Source: a virus
Taxonomy: Duplodnaviria; Caudoviricetes
IMG/VR virus record: IMGVR_UViG_3300031701_000003
Coordinates: 1-41,564 of that record
Reading direction: 5' to 3' (one strand)
DNA: 41,564 bases
Shown: one piece after another, positions 1 through 9,495 of the stretch
How positions within the stretch are numbered: position 1 is the first letter of the stretch
Layout: every line of letters begins with the position of its first letter
Made by a program: the position numbers and the translations under genes
The notes under the pieces: generated by a model
What the model was told of the DNA's origin: nothing
What the model saw: the letters and a program-made list of their open reading frames with translations, nothing else
Databases searched by the model: none

Positions 1-14
1 TAGCTGTGACGAGC
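1..14. repeat. Terminal direct overlap (1-14 = 41551-41564), circular assembly junction
   Basis: TAGCTGTGACGAGC is at both ends, and the baseplate J frame continues across the join (...WSLVTA|NPDLNG...). Confidence 0.9.
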
Positions 15-487
15 GACCAATTGGTATTGGAGTTTGCGATGAGCGGTCCGGTGTCGATGGCAGACAAGACACCGGCAACCGCACCGGGGCCGCCCGCGTA
101 CGGGCCGCCCGTCGCTTGCCATAGCGTCGACGTATCGTCGTTGTTGAAGATGTCACCGTTGGCAACAACGCCGGGCGCGTTGAAGTCGAAGACGACCTCG
201 ACCACCGACACCGTTGCACCCTTGCGGATGGAGCCGGTGAGCGCGGCAAGTCGGTCGAGTCCGACGCCGACCGACCCGTTGGGATCGAAGCACCGATAAA
301 TTGCGAGCGCGACTTGTTGATCAAGCGCTCGAAACTCCGAAACGATGTTGACCAATTGTCCCATGATCGACGAGGTCGAGGTGTTGAGGTTGTTGCCAAA
401 GGTCGCGCGAAGTTTCGCGGACAACTCGTCGACGATCTCGGCTTGTGTTTGGGTCTCTAACCCGGACGCTGTCAATTGAAAGCTCAT
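1..487 (-). CDS. Baseplate J-like wedge protein, N-terminal part (continues at 41550-40814, 407 aa total)
   Basis: ATG at 487 overlaps the upstream stop (ATGA). Reads MSFQLTASGLETQTQAEIVDELSAKLRATFG...FDPNGSVGVGLDRLAALTG, typical of baseplate J. In frame with ORF 40814..41452 across the junction. Confidence 0.85.
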   Translation of the reverse strand, partial: MSFQLTASGLETQTQAEIVDELSAKLRATFGNNLNTSTSSIMGQLVNIVSEFRALDQQVALAIYRCFDPNGSVGVGLDRLAALTGSIRKGATVSVVEVVFDFNAPGVVANGDIFNNDDTSTLWQATGGPYAGGPGAVAGVLSAIDTGPLIANSNTNWSLVTA

Positions 488-846
488 GGTGTGGCCTCGA
501 TGATTGTGGAGAAGTCGATCTCGCCGTCGATCGTTTGCATGGTGCCGGCGATGTTGAGCACGCGCGTCCCACTGTCCAGATTGAAGGTCGTGAATTGCAC
601 CCCCTCAACGCCGGGCGTACGTAGGATATTTTGCTCAAGGATGAATTGGATCGAAGGCAAGTTTGGATTCTTGCCCTTGAAGATAACTTGCAGCCACGGC
701 ACCCCCGCGGTGACATCGTAAACTGTCTCCTCAAGCCACGTCCGCAAGCGCATCTCGACGTGTTGTCCGATGGCCTCGCGCCCAAGCACGAAAGTCAATT
801 CGCCGTTGGTGAGATCCATGTCGTAATCGGTGAGTAAAAGATCCAT
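484..846 (-). CDS. Baseplate gp25/W-like sheath initiator (120 aa)
   Basis: MDLLLTDYDMDLTNGEL...AIGQHVEMRLRTWLEE...GVPW...ILRTPGV pattern, located between spike and baseplate J. Confidence 0.75.
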   Translation of the reverse strand: MDLLLTDYDMDLTNGELTFVLGREAIGQHVEMRLRTWLEETVYDVTAGVPWLQVIFKGKNPNLPSIQFILEQNILRTPGVEGVQFTTFNLDSGTRVLNIAGTMQTIDGEIDFSTIIEATP

Positions 847-850
847 GTTG

Positions 851-1603
851 CTACTCGGTGAAAGTCTTGACCGAAAGCCACGAGGCGATCGTGCCCGCGA
901 GTGTAGCCGTGGCCGTGGTGATGGCGACAAGGTACGCCGCGTTGGTGACGGGGTTGGGCGGCAAGGCGGCGGCATGGGTAGCGCCAGCGGTCGCCACGGT
1001 CGCAGTGTACGTCGTGAAAGCGGCGGCGAGTTCGGTGCCCCTCACGAGGGGCGCGCCCACGGGGAGGGAAGTGGCGAGCGCACCGAGTGCAATTAGAGGG
1101 CCCTCGATCACGTGATGAGTGAGCGAGGTGGGAGGGACGATCGGGTTGGTGTCGTTGAAGATCGCGGGGTGAAAAATTGAGTCGGCTAGATTGTGGGTCC
1201 ACGCGGCGACGGGGTCGGTGGCCGTGCCGAGATCAAGCCACGCATCGAGGCTCCGATCTTGGACGTGCAATTCCCCCTTGTCGCCGGGCACGATCGGGAG
1301 CGTCGAGTACCCCGCCGCGGTGCGGGTGAACGCAACCGGGATGTCGATGAGCGTGATCGGCTTTTGTGTCGTCGTCGGGAGCGGGTTGGCACGCGTCGGC
1401 GGTACCGCGTTGTTGACCATCACCGATAAGATGTCGACGAGCACCGAGACTTTTTGCGTGGCCGGATTGTACGCGGTCACGGTGCACACGGTGTGCGTCC
1501 GCATGGTGAGTTGAAGACCCCGCAACGCGACCCGAAAAAGATCGGGGATCTTTGGATCGTTGGGCATCGTGAAGAGCCCGGCTTGTTGCTCGCGGTTTCC
1601 CAT
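851..1603 (-). CDS. Baseplate central spike (gp138/gpV-like, 250 aa)
   Basis: ATG at 1603 overlaps the upstream TAA. OB-fold-like N-terminus (VTAYNPATQKVSV...LIDIPV...LPIVPGDKGELHVQDRSLDAW...HNLAD). Confidence 0.75.
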   Translation of the reverse strand: MGNREQQAGLFTMPNDPKIPDLFRVALRGLQLTMRTHTVCTVTAYNPATQKVSVLVDILSVMVNNAVPPTRANPLPTTTQKPITLIDIPVAFTRTAAGYSTLPIVPGDKGELHVQDRSLDAWLDLGTATDPVAAWTHNLADSIFHPAIFNDTNPIVPPTSLTHHVIEGPLIALGALATSLPVGAPLVRGTELAAAFTTYTATVATAGATHAAALPPNPVTNAAYLVAITTATATLAGTIASWLSVKTFTE

Positions 1604-2508
1604 TAGATCAGCGCCTTCGATGCCGAGACTTGCATGAGCGACTCGGCGGTTGTGTCTCCGGTGAAAATGACTTTGTCGACGCGGTACGCGGGGGCCCCGA
1701 AGGGCACACCGCGATCGTCTTGCACGAGGACTTGCACGCCGGGCTCGACGTCGGGGTTGGCGAGTGCCGAAAGATCGATGCCACCATCGTCGCGGACTTG
1801 GTACTCGATGAGCCCGGTGCGCGGTGCGAGGATCGGTGGGAGCCTGTCCGAGATGCCGCCGCGCATCACAACGAAGGCGCCGTTGTGAACGCGCCACTCT
1901 AGCCCGAGCGTGGCCATTGCGAAGTCGATGAAGGTGCGCGTGTTGTACCCGGCCGGGATGTTGTTGAACGTGCGCACCTTGAGCGCGGCCGCGGCCGCGC
2001 TCACGAGCGCCTTCGACTCGGGCGGATATAGTAACCCGAGCCCACCCCCCGCGGTGTCGCCGGGGTTGGGCGGTAGGGTGATAAAAGCGGTGAGCACCGT
2101 GCCGAGATCGACCTTGGAAAAAGACGCGCCCGTCGCTTGATCGCGTACGTTCTTGATGCCGTCCCCGATCGAGAAGATCGAAAGTACATCGGTCGGTGTT
2201 CGCTTCGCTGGCACGAAGCGCCACACGTCTCCGCGGATCACAGTTTGCGAGAGTCTCTCCCACCCAATTCCGAAGTCGACAAGGTACCCCGACGACTTCG
2301 AGAAAGCCGACCACGCTTCGTATATCGCGCCCGACAATGCGGGGGAGAGATTGAAGATCACGACCTCACCAGTGTCCGGCGTCGGCGTGTTGTCGCGGGT
2401 GATCGTCCATTGCATCCGAATCCCTTGGCCGTCTGGATTGAAGATGATCCCTTGGGCTGTCATTAGCTTCGTCGACGGGATGAAGAAACGCTGAAAAGCC
2501 GCGACCAT
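1603..2508 (-). CDS. Baseplate hub protein (gp27/gpD-like, 301 aa)
   Basis: PDTGEVVIFNLS and ILAPRTGLI...LANPDVEPG...YRVDKVIFTGDT motifs, plus synteny. Confidence 0.7.
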   Translation of the reverse strand: MVAAFQRFFIPSTKLMTAQGIIFNPDGQGIRMQWTITRDNTPTPDTGEVVIFNLSPALSGAIYEAWSAFSKSSGYLVDFGIGWERLSQTVIRGDVWRFVPAKRTPTDVLSIFSIGDGIKNVRDQATGASFSKVDLGTVLTAFITLPPNPGDTAGGGLGLLYPPESKALVSAAAAALKVRTFNNIPAGYNTRTFIDFAMATLGLEWRVHNGAFVVMRGGISDRLPPILAPRTGLIEYQVRDDGGIDLSALANPDVEPGVQVLVQDDRGVPFGAPAYRVDKVIFTGDTTAESLMQVSASKALI

Positions 2509-2840
2509 TACGCCGGTACCTCCTCGTAATACAGCGCCGCACCTTGATCAAAAAAAGTGTCAAGCCCGGGGTCTTCACTCGGGCCCGTTAAGTCATTGAC
2601 GAAGAGCAGCCCCGCGGGGAGATCGAGGTACCGGTACGGGTACAAGAGATCAAGCCCGGTGACGAGCGCGAGACCTTGCACGAGCGCGACGTTGTCACCA
2701 TCGTACACGTCGAGATACCAACAACCATCGTACTTGTTTGTGTACGTGTCGAGTCGGAAGCGGACACCGTTGAGGGTGAGCGTCTGCGACGTATGCGTTT
2801 CGTCTTCTCGAAACTGTACCGTGATCGCTACGATTGCCAT
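2508..2840 (-). CDS. Small baseplate (plug-like) protein (110 aa)
   Basis: QTLTLNGVRFRL...WYLDVYD...GLALVTGLDLL pattern, located just before the hub gene. Confidence 0.6.
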   Translation of the reverse strand: MAIVAITVQFREDETHTSQTLTLNGVRFRLDTYTNKYDGCWYLDVYDGDNVALVQGLALVTGLDLLYPYRYLDLPAGLLFVNDLTGPSEDPGLDTFFDQGAALYYEEVPA

Positions 2841-2843
2841 GGC

Positions 2844-3545
2844 TTAGAAGTCCAACGCGGGGATCACCTCGGGCGAGGCGGGGAAAGATTGCGGGGTGAC
2901 GGATTGAGTTTGCACGGGCGTTGGTGCCTGTGCACCCGCGCCGGTCGGTGCGTTGTTGCCGGTCGCGGAGCCGGCGACATCGGGCACCGTCGCACCGGTG
3001 AGCGGTGAGACGATCCGCGCCTCGACGATCGTGATAGTTACGAGCGTGTTGTCGCCTTGGTCGGGAGTCCACGAAGGGGAGATCGACTCGATGAAAGCCG
3101 TGGGGAAAGATCGACGCGGGGTGACGACCATGATCGGCTCGCGTCGGTCCGCGATCTCTTCGAGTTTCGCCAGCCGCAAAAGGTCCGCACGAAGACCCCC
3201 GCCGAAGCCGGGGATGCCCCCGAGCCCCGTGGCTCCGATGAGCGGGAGATCGATGCCCGAGATGAGTGTGCCCGACAGGGTCATACGCTTGAGCGCTCGG
3301 TGCACGTTGCTCGTCGCGGTCGTGAAATCTTGCAACGGATTCTCAGTGACTTGATACGATAGCTCGACATCCTCGGAGTCGACCATATCGAGCACGACGC
3401 GGTTGGCTAGTCCACCGAGCCGCGCCGGTACAAGATCGGGGAGCGCTTCGATCGGCGTGAGGGTCAACCGGTCGAGTCGAAAAAACGAAGCGGTGCGTGC
3501 ACCGAGGATGCCGCCAAGGGGGGATTCGATGAAGGGAGAAACCAT
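2844..3545 (-). CDS. Tube initiator / Dit-like baseplate protein (233 aa)
   Basis: LDMVDSEDVELSYQVTENPLQ motif, immediately after the tape measure gene. Confidence 0.6.
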   Translation of the reverse strand: MVSPFIESPLGGILGARTASFFRLDRLTLTPIEALPDLVPARLGGLANRVVLDMVDSEDVELSYQVTENPLQDFTTATSNVHRALKRMTLSGTLISGIDLPLIGATGLGGIPGFGGGLRADLLRLAKLEEIADRREPIMVVTPRRSFPTAFIESISPSWTPDQGDNTLVTITIVEARIVSPLTGATVPDVAGSATGNNAPTGAGAQAPTPVQTQSVTPQSFPASPEVIPALDF

Positions 3546-3549
3546 GTTT

Positions 3550-5598
3550 TTACCTCACGAGATTCGAGTCCATCTGTTGACCGGCAACCGCAAGCCGCGT
3601 ATCGAATTCTTTTTTGATCGCCTCAACCGAAGCGGCGCCCGCCGCCTTGGGATCCATCACCCCCGAGATCGTTTGCGTTACCTTGAAATCAAAGTTGTTG
3701 TTCGTGATGTCGATCGCAACCGTTGGCTCGATGTCCTTGACGCTTGGAGTACGTGCGGCGATGGGTCCAAGATCACCGCGCGAAGCCTGTGCAAAGAACT
3801 CAGAGATCGACGTTGCCGATGTAACCGCGGGCTTTTTCTTTTTCTTGCCCTTCTTGCCCCCGCCGAAACGCTTGCGCGTCGTCTTGTCCGCGGCCGATAG
3901 CGACGATTCGAGCGACTTGCCCTCGGACAATCCGACCGCGACATCGTCAAGCACCGATTGTTGCCGGTCGGTTAGCTCGGCACCCTCGCGGATGTTGAGA
4001 CGTTGGCGCGCGGTCGCAAGATCCCGATCGAATTGCGCATCCTCGGCGCTCGCAATTTCCTCGCCTTGCGTGAGCCCGAGAGTATCCCGCGCGGCTCGGA
4101 CTTGCCCAAGTGAGCCGCCGCCTTGCGCGAGCAACTCGGTGGCCGCGGTGCGTTGTCGTTGCCCCTCGGCTTCCGCGTCGGCGGCCGCCTGTGCCGTGGC
4201 GCTCGCCTTGGCTCGCTCGTTCTCCCGAATAAGCCCGCGCTTTTGTGCCTGTAACTTTTCGAGATCTTTCGATGCGAGCCCGCCGACATCCGCGCCTCGC
4301 TTGCTGAGACGCTTGCGCGCCTTGGAGATCTTCTTGTCGAGAGCGAAGGCGCGGGACTGCAACGATCCGGCACCCTCGAAATCCGCCGCGCCCATCTCCT
4401 CCTCCGGCTCGACGGGCGGGGCCTTGCCTTGAGCACCGCCGAAGACTTCGCCCATCGCACGGTTGACGTCCCCGGCGATCGGGATCAACGCCATCATCGC
4501 CGTCGCAATAAGACCGATCGGTCCTAGCGCGGTACTAGCCGCGAAGCCCATAGCGCGGAGCCCCGTTGCAAGCGACGCGAACGCTTGAAAGGTTTTCGCC
4601 CCCGCGATCAAGCCGATGAAGAGCTTGAAATTGTCGACGACGAATTCGATGGTCTTCGCCGCGGTCTTGAGCGTCTCGATGAAGTCGCCTTTGAGCGCGC
4701 CGCGTAGCGTGCGGATCGCCTTGACCAAGACGCGGGCGAGCGTCTTGGCGAGCCCCTCCTTGTCTCCGCTCGCGTCGCGTAGATCCATCACGAGCGCCTT
4801 GAATTCTTCGAGCGGTCCTTGCTCCGCAATGGCCAGCATGAATTCAGAGAAAGCGTCTTGGAGATTCGAGATGATCCCGTTGAGCGTCTCCATTTGTTCG
4901 GCCATCGCGCCCGCGAAATTGTTTTCGCTAAGCCCGATCAAAAACTCTTCGATCTCCGAAGCGTTTTTGCCGACTGTCGTGGTGACACCTCGGAAGGTGA
5001 AGGAGACTTTATCTCCCTCACTTTTCGACTTGATGCCGAATTCTTTTAGCCGCTCAAATTCCCCGGTCGTTGCGTCGGCTACCGCCTCGATGAGTTGATC
5101 GAGATCCTTGCCCATCGCGGACGCGGTGTCGCCGTACGCGGTGAGGGCTCGCTCGCTCGGGTTGAGTCCGAGGTTAGTGAGTTTGATGAAGGCGCCGACA
5201 ACTTGCTCAACTTGAAACGGCGTATTCTTGGCAAACTCTCGGACGAAGCCGAAGGCTTTTTCGGCACCCTCCGCGGAGCCGGTCGCGGTCTTGAGTTGCG
5301 CGCGCAGTTTCTCGAAGTTTGCAGCGGTGCCGATCACCCCCTTGCCGAGTCCCGCGAGCACGGTGCCCGTGCCCGCGAGGATCTTTGTGAGCCCCGCCGC
5401 GAAGCTACCCGCAAGCTCGCCCGCCTTGCCTAGTCGTTGCCACGCTTGCTCGGTCTTCTCGGTCGCTTTCGTGTTTTCGTCGGCGGCTTTCTTGGCCTTG
5501 TTCAAAGCCTTGCCGATATTGTCGGCAGACTTCACCGCCTCCTTCGAGTCGACGCCGATGGCAACAAGCAATTCCGCGATTACGTTTTTACCTGCCAT
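3550..5598 (-). CDS. Tape measure protein (682 aa)
   Basis: Long Ala/Gly-rich helical protein with FAKNTPFQVEQV...YGDTASAMGK...AVADATTGEFERLKEFGI tape-measure domain. Confidence 0.9.
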   Translation of the reverse strand: MAGKNVIAELLVAIGVDSKEAVKSADNIGKALNKAKKAADENTKATEKTEQAWQRLGKAGELAGSFAAGLTKILAGTGTVLAGLGKGVIGTAANFEKLRAQLKTATGSAEGAEKAFGFVREFAKNTPFQVEQVVGAFIKLTNLGLNPSERALTAYGDTASAMGKDLDQLIEAVADATTGEFERLKEFGIKSKSEGDKVSFTFRGVTTTVGKNASEIEEFLIGLSENNFAGAMAEQMETLNGIISNLQDAFSEFMLAIAEQGPLEEFKALVMDLRDASGDKEGLAKTLARVLVKAIRTLRGALKGDFIETLKTAAKTIEFVVDNFKLFIGLIAGAKTFQAFASLATGLRAMGFAASTALGPIGLIATAMMALIPIAGDVNRAMGEVFGGAQGKAPPVEPEEEMGAADFEGAGSLQSRAFALDKKISKARKRLSKRGADVGGLASKDLEKLQAQKRGLIRENERAKASATAQAAADAEAEGQRQRTAATELLAQGGGSLGQVRAARDTLGLTQGEEIASAEDAQFDRDLATARQRLNIREGAELTDRQQSVLDDVAVGLSEGKSLESSLSAADKTTRKRFGGGKKGKKKKKPAVTSATSISEFFAQASRGDLGPIAARTPSVKDIEPTVAIDITNNNFDFKVTQTISGVMDPKAAGAASVEAIKKEFDTRLAVAGQQMDSNLVR

Positions 5599-5860
5599 GT
5601 TGCTCCGAGTTGTTTCTTAGTGCCGCGTGCGACCACGACTGATGCACCTCTTGCAATTCCAAAAGATCGAAGAGCCCATCGATGTCGATCGACGTATGCA
5701 ACGCAACGTAGGTTGCGACATCGATGCGATCCCCGGTCGTGCACGCGAGCATGATCTCTCGCGGCACGTTGGGTGCTTCAATTCCTCGGTGGGCTCCACT
5801 TGCGCCCATGTACCTCGACCAAGCCGGGATCGGCTTGCGGGTTAGGGCGCGATGAAATTG
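5588..5860 (-). CDS. Downstream (-1 frame) part of tail assembly chaperone (GT-like), start uncertain
   Basis: An open frame fills the gap between chaperone and TMP (...VATYVALHTSIDIDGLFDLLELQEV...) and overlaps the chaperone 3' end in the -1 frame. Confidence 0.55.
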   Translation of the reverse strand, partial: QFHRALTRKPIPAWSRYMGASGAHRGIEAPNVPREIMLACTTGDRIDVATYVALHTSIDIDGLFDLLELQEVHQSWSHAALRNNSEQHGR

Positions 5861-6252
5861 GAGGTGCCGACCCATAAGGCGACCTCCATCAAGTGTCGAT
5901 AGCGTCCGGCGAAATGCCCATCGAAATGTGAGTGCACGTTGCCCGGCACTTCGGCATCCCCGATGCTCACGCGGTCGCACTCGGTCGAGACCAAAAGATC
6001 CTTGAGCACGAGGAGTGCGTTGTCGGCCGCGGCGTTCTCCGCGACTTTTGCGATGATCGCCCCGAGCACTTTGGGGTTGGCAAACACCTCCGCCTTCGAC
6101 TCGTCGTCGACTGCAAAGAAGAGCCCGATCAAAGCCTCGCCAAAGATCGACATTACCTTCGGCAAGATCGTCAACCCCGCCGAGGCGGGGAGCGTGGTTG
6201 TGGTGTACGTGATTCCTTCGATTACTTTGGTATGCGTCTTTGTGATCGCCAT
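5842..6252 (-). CDS. Tail assembly chaperone (136 aa)
   Basis: Between tube and TMP, with IEGITYTTTTLPA...FDGHFAGRYRHLMEV...NF pattern. Confidence 0.7.
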   Translation of the reverse strand: MAITKTHTKVIEGITYTTTTLPASAGLTILPKVMSIFGEALIGLFFAVDDESKAEVFANPKVLGAIIAKVAENAAADNALLVLKDLLVSTECDRVSIGDAEVPGNVHSHFDGHFAGRYRHLMEVALWVGTSNFIAP

Positions 6253-6270
6253 GCTTTTTCTCCGTCGCTC

Positions 6271-6711
6271 TTACGAGCCGACTACGTTGTTGTTGAAGCC
6301 GAAAGGTTGCCGGACTTCTTGACCGAAGATCCACACCCAAGTGTAGATCGTGCTTTGCGTTCCCTTTTGCAAATTGGGGAGCGTCTTGATCCTCGCTTTG
6401 TTGTAGTACGAGATCTCTTTTGTGTTGACGTCCCACACCATGAGCGGCCCCGCGAGCGAGCGCGAGATGAGGTCCGCGTTGTGGAACGTCACAAGCTCTT
6501 GATGGGTGCGGGACTCGCCGTCGATCTGCAACGACATCTCCCCCGACTTGTCGGGGTTGAAGAGGTGCAACACCCCGCCGATCCCGTTGGGTTTCTGCGA
6601 CCACGCGTCCGCGTTTCTTGTGACTTGGAGAAAGGTTCCCTGTGCAAGTCCCGGCGTAATGTCGAGACCAAAAAAGGACACCTTGATCAAGTCGCTTGCA
6701 AACTGTCGCAT
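6271..6711 (-). CDS. Tail tube protein, paralogue 2 (146 aa)
   Basis: GLDITPGLAQGT...NPDKSGEMSLQIDGESRTHQEL, clearly homologous to the adjacent ORF. Confidence 0.7.
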   Translation of the reverse strand: MRQFASDLIKVSFFGLDITPGLAQGTFLQVTRNADAWSQKPNGIGGVLHLFNPDKSGEMSLQIDGESRTHQELVTFHNADLISRSLAGPLMVWDVNTKEISYYNKARIKTLPNLQKGTQSTIYTWVWIFGQEVRQPFGFNNNVVGS

Positions 6712-6718
6712 TCACTTC

Positions 6719-7168
6719 TCACGTACCAACGAGGTTGGTCAAGTTGTCCGCAAGCGCGACGCTTGATCGACTCTCAAAACCGAAGACCCACGTGAAGGTT
6801 GCCGATTCTGTCGCGCGTGACGCGTCGGGCTCGGTGATGATGAAGGCGTTTTTCCACTCGATCACTTCACCCGAAGACGCGTCAGTCATTCGCATCGTCG
6901 AGACTTGATCGCGCGTAGCGGGAGCGCGGTCCGACGCGGCGATAGCTTTGAGTTGTTGGTGCGTGGTCGACTCTTGATCGACGACGACCGACACGGTGCC
7001 CGTGCGGTCGGGGTTATACACGCGGACAACCTTGCCTTGCCCCGTTGGTTTCATGGTCCACGATGGAGCGTTGCGAGCTTCGGTGATTGAGGAGCCTTGG
7101 GCAAGGCCGGGCTTGAGATCAAGTCCGAGCCAACCAAGCTCCACAGTGTCGATTGAGTATTGGCGCAT
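6719..7168 (-). CDS. Tail tube protein, paralogue 1 (149 aa)
   Basis: Follows the sheath gene. GLDLKPGLAQGS...NPDRTGTVSVVVDQESTTHQQL...FTWVF. Confidence 0.75.
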   Translation of the reverse strand: MRQYSIDTVELGWLGLDLKPGLAQGSSITEARNAPSWTMKPTGQGKVVRVYNPDRTGTVSVVVDQESTTHQQLKAIAASDRAPATRDQVSTMRMTDASSGEVIEWKNAFIITEPDASRATESATFTWVFGFESRSSVALADNLTNLVGT

Positions 7169-7184
7169 GGTGTTTTTCCTTATC

Positions 7185-8225
7185 CTAGAAAGTCAAGTTC
7201 AGGTTGAAGACAACCTTTTGCACGGCGCCCGCAAGCACGGCTTCCGCTTGTAATGTGAGGAGCCGATCGATCTTGTCTTGCCCCGATACTTCCGAGGCGT
7301 CGGGGGCGGTGATGATAGGCGGCACGTCGGGCGAGAAGTGCCCGAAAGTTACGCCGCGGTTGAGCACGTCTTGCAACGCGGCGACGACGAGGTTGATCCC
7401 CGCGTTAGTGTACGGGATCTTTGTGGGTGTCCCGACCGCGAGAGCGATCCACGCTTCTTCACTTCGAGCCGTGACCCAATCGATCGACGTCGTGATGTCG
7501 ATGAAGCGGCCCGATGCCATCGTGCCCTTCGACGTAAAAGACACGCCTTTGTTCCGACCAAAGAGGTTGGCATCGACGGCGTACAAGGTCGTCGCAAATG
7601 CACCCGTTACAGCATCGAAGGGGACGGCTTCAAGCTGTCGGTACGCCCAAATTCCGGCGCCGTCCGGGGCGTCGAGATTGAGCCCGCCGCCACTCGACGA
7701 CCATGCGCCATCGAGGTACTCGCTGTCGGTGTCGTGAAAGATGCCAGCGCTTCGGTTGTACCCGAGCCCCTGCCATGCCGTGAACGCAACGAGCGTTGCG
7801 TCGTCGGACTGTCCGACGAAGATCTTGGCGCGCGTCTCAGTCCATGCGGCAACCGTTGCAAGGTCCGCGTCTAGTCGGCTTTCGATGTTGGTGATGTACC
7901 AATCGTTCGGCCCGGCCGCCTCGATGGCGGTGAGGGCAACACCGTAGTCGCCAGCGTCGGCAACGGCGAGCAAGCCGATGATCAGTTGATCGACCCCGTC
8001 GTCTTGCGCGAAGACTGCCGACGCCCATGCGTGAACCTCGGGCTCCGCGCCCGAGTCGAAGCCCGCCAACTCAACTTCGGCAAGTGAAAAGTACGGACCG
8101 TTCTGTCGATCGGTGTTGACGGTGTGCGAGAAGACACCGAGCAACGCCCCGAAGGAAAATTTCTCCACCGAAACCCCGGTGAGTGTGACGTTTACGTCGA
8201 TGAATTCGATAATTGCGGCGGGCAT
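7185..8225 (-). CDS. Contractile tail sheath protein (DUF3383-like, minimal 346 aa)
   Basis: GTMASGRFIDITTSIDW...KIPYTNAGI...LAGAVQKV C-terminal sheath motifs. Confidence 0.85.
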   Translation of the reverse strand: MPAAIIEFIDVNVTLTGVSVEKFSFGALLGVFSHTVNTDRQNGPYFSLAEVELAGFDSGAEPEVHAWASAVFAQDDGVDQLIIGLLAVADAGDYGVALTAIEAAGPNDWYITNIESRLDADLATVAAWTETRAKIFVGQSDDATLVAFTAWQGLGYNRSAGIFHDTDSEYLDGAWSSSGGGLNLDAPDGAGIWAYRQLEAVPFDAVTGAFATTLYAVDANLFGRNKGVSFTSKGTMASGRFIDITTSIDWVTARSEEAWIALAVGTPTKIPYTNAGINLVVAALQDVLNRGVTFGHFSPDVPPIITAPDASEVSGQDKIDRLLTLQAEAVLAGAVQKVVFNLNLTF

Positions 8226-8236
8226 GTTTCCTCGTT

Positions 8237-9091
8237 TTACGGGGTGTTGGTGAACGTACTAGATCCCGCGGGTGTACCGGTGGGATTGTTGACCGTGATG
8301 TTGGCGGTGAGAGTGTCGATCCGCGCAACGGGACGAACCCAAAAAGCACGCGCGGCAATGTTGATGTCGAAGGAAACTCGCGTTTCCCAATGCGCCCCGG
8401 CGATGGCAGAAAGATCGGTCAAGACTCCCTTCGACCAAACGCCAACGCCAAAGCGTCGAAGGGTCTCGATGTAGTCTTCGGATTGAAGCGCGGCAAGGAC
8501 TTGTTGCGCGATGGCCCAAGCCCCGTTTCGAGGCTCGCGGCACTTCGAGAAAACTTGGACATTCACGAGCATCGATTGCGAGCCTTCGACGACGAGCACC
8601 GAATTCCCGTTGAGCACTTTACCCGACGACGACAGTGCCCCGATCAAGAAGAGATCACGCATACCCCCGAGGTAGTCGGCGGTGAGTGTTATGGCGTCGA
8701 CGCCACTGTCCGACGCGGTCACGCTTTCGAGTGCGTCGTCGTTGATCTCGTCGCGTAGTCGATCGCGGATCGTGGTCGGTGTATCTCCGAGCACGGCGTC
8801 GGTGCGATAGTCAAAACAATTCAATCGGACGATGTACCGCTTGCCGACCTCAACCGCGTCCACGGTTACGATGATCGAGTCGGCGGCGTTGAGGATCGTG
8901 CCGCGCTTGCCTCCTCGAAGATGCGGAGACGGGCCCCCCAACATCGTCAACGAAACGAGCCCTTCGTCGGGGATATCCTCGAAGACTTGCTCACCGTACG
9001 CCCACGCAACGCGCACCGGATCGACCGCGTCTCCGAGGGTATTGAAGAGCGAGCTTTGCACGCGGTCGAGTCGAAGGGGTACGGGGATCAC
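8237..9091 (-). CDS. Neck/tail terminator protein with inserted domain (284 aa)
   Basis: Precedes the sheath gene, C-terminal DLSAIAGAHWETRVSFDI motif. Confidence 0.6.
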   Translation of the reverse strand: MIPVPLRLDRVQSSLFNTLGDAVDPVRVAWAYGEQVFEDIPDEGLVSLTMLGGPSPHLRGGKRGTILNAADSIIVTVDAVEVGKRYIVRLNCFDYRTDAVLGDTPTTIRDRLRDEINDDALESVTASDSGVDAITLTADYLGGMRDLFLIGALSSSGKVLNGNSVLVVEGSQSMLVNVQVFSKCREPRNGAWAIAQQVLAALQSEDYIETLRRFGVGVWSKGVLTDLSAIAGAHWETRVSFDINIAARAFWVRPVARIDTLTANITVNNPTGTPAGSSTFTNTP

Positions 9092-9495
9092 GGTTTTGCC
9101 TGTAGATCAACTAGAGTTGCTAGGCCGCACCATACCGCACCTTGCGTGCTGTAGTTTTGCGATGTCGTGAAACGGTAGTCTCGCCCGTTATACGTGATCA
9201 CGTCGGGGGCGTGCCCTTGATCGGCCACGCGAAAGCCGATGCTTTGACCCGCTGGCCATGAGGCATCCCTCGCGTAGAATTGCACCGTCTCTCGGTTGCG
9301 ATCCGCCTCGGGGACTTGCTCAAGGTCGCGCCCGGTGGCGACGTGCGCCGCGACGGGAGCGAGTAGAAACAGCACCGACGCCGCGGGGTCGAAACCCCCG
9401 TATGAGTTTTGCACCGGCACGGTGCGACGCGTGACGGTAAGCGGTCCGACATTGCAGTCGACCACGACCGAGCCGACATCGATCGGAAGACTCAT
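9088..9495 (-). CDS. Head closure/stopper protein (135 aa)
   Basis: ATGRDLEQVPEADRNRETVQFY...DVITYNGRDYR pattern, plus synteny. Confidence 0.65.
   Translation of the reverse strand: MSLPIDVGSVVVDCNVGPLTVTRRTVPVQNSYGGFDPAASVLFLLAPVAAHVATGRDLEQVPEADRNRETVQFYARDASWPAGQSIGFRVADQGHAPDVITYNGRDYRFTTSQNYSTQGAVWCGLATLVDLQAKP

Noticed and set aside
851-2314. Upstream extensions in the ORF track (851..2314, 11632..12840, 21723, 25654, 29965, 34016 and others)
   Set aside because: They overlap real neighbouring genes. Downstream starts with an SD or stop-start coupling were used instead.
5588-6795. Long overlapping ORFs (5588..6715 minus, 5932..6795 plus) and many similar shadow ORFs
   Set aside because: These are GC-rich alternative frames with Arg/Ser/Pro-rich nonsense composition overlapping well-supported genes. 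Only the 3' end of 5588..6715 is retained.
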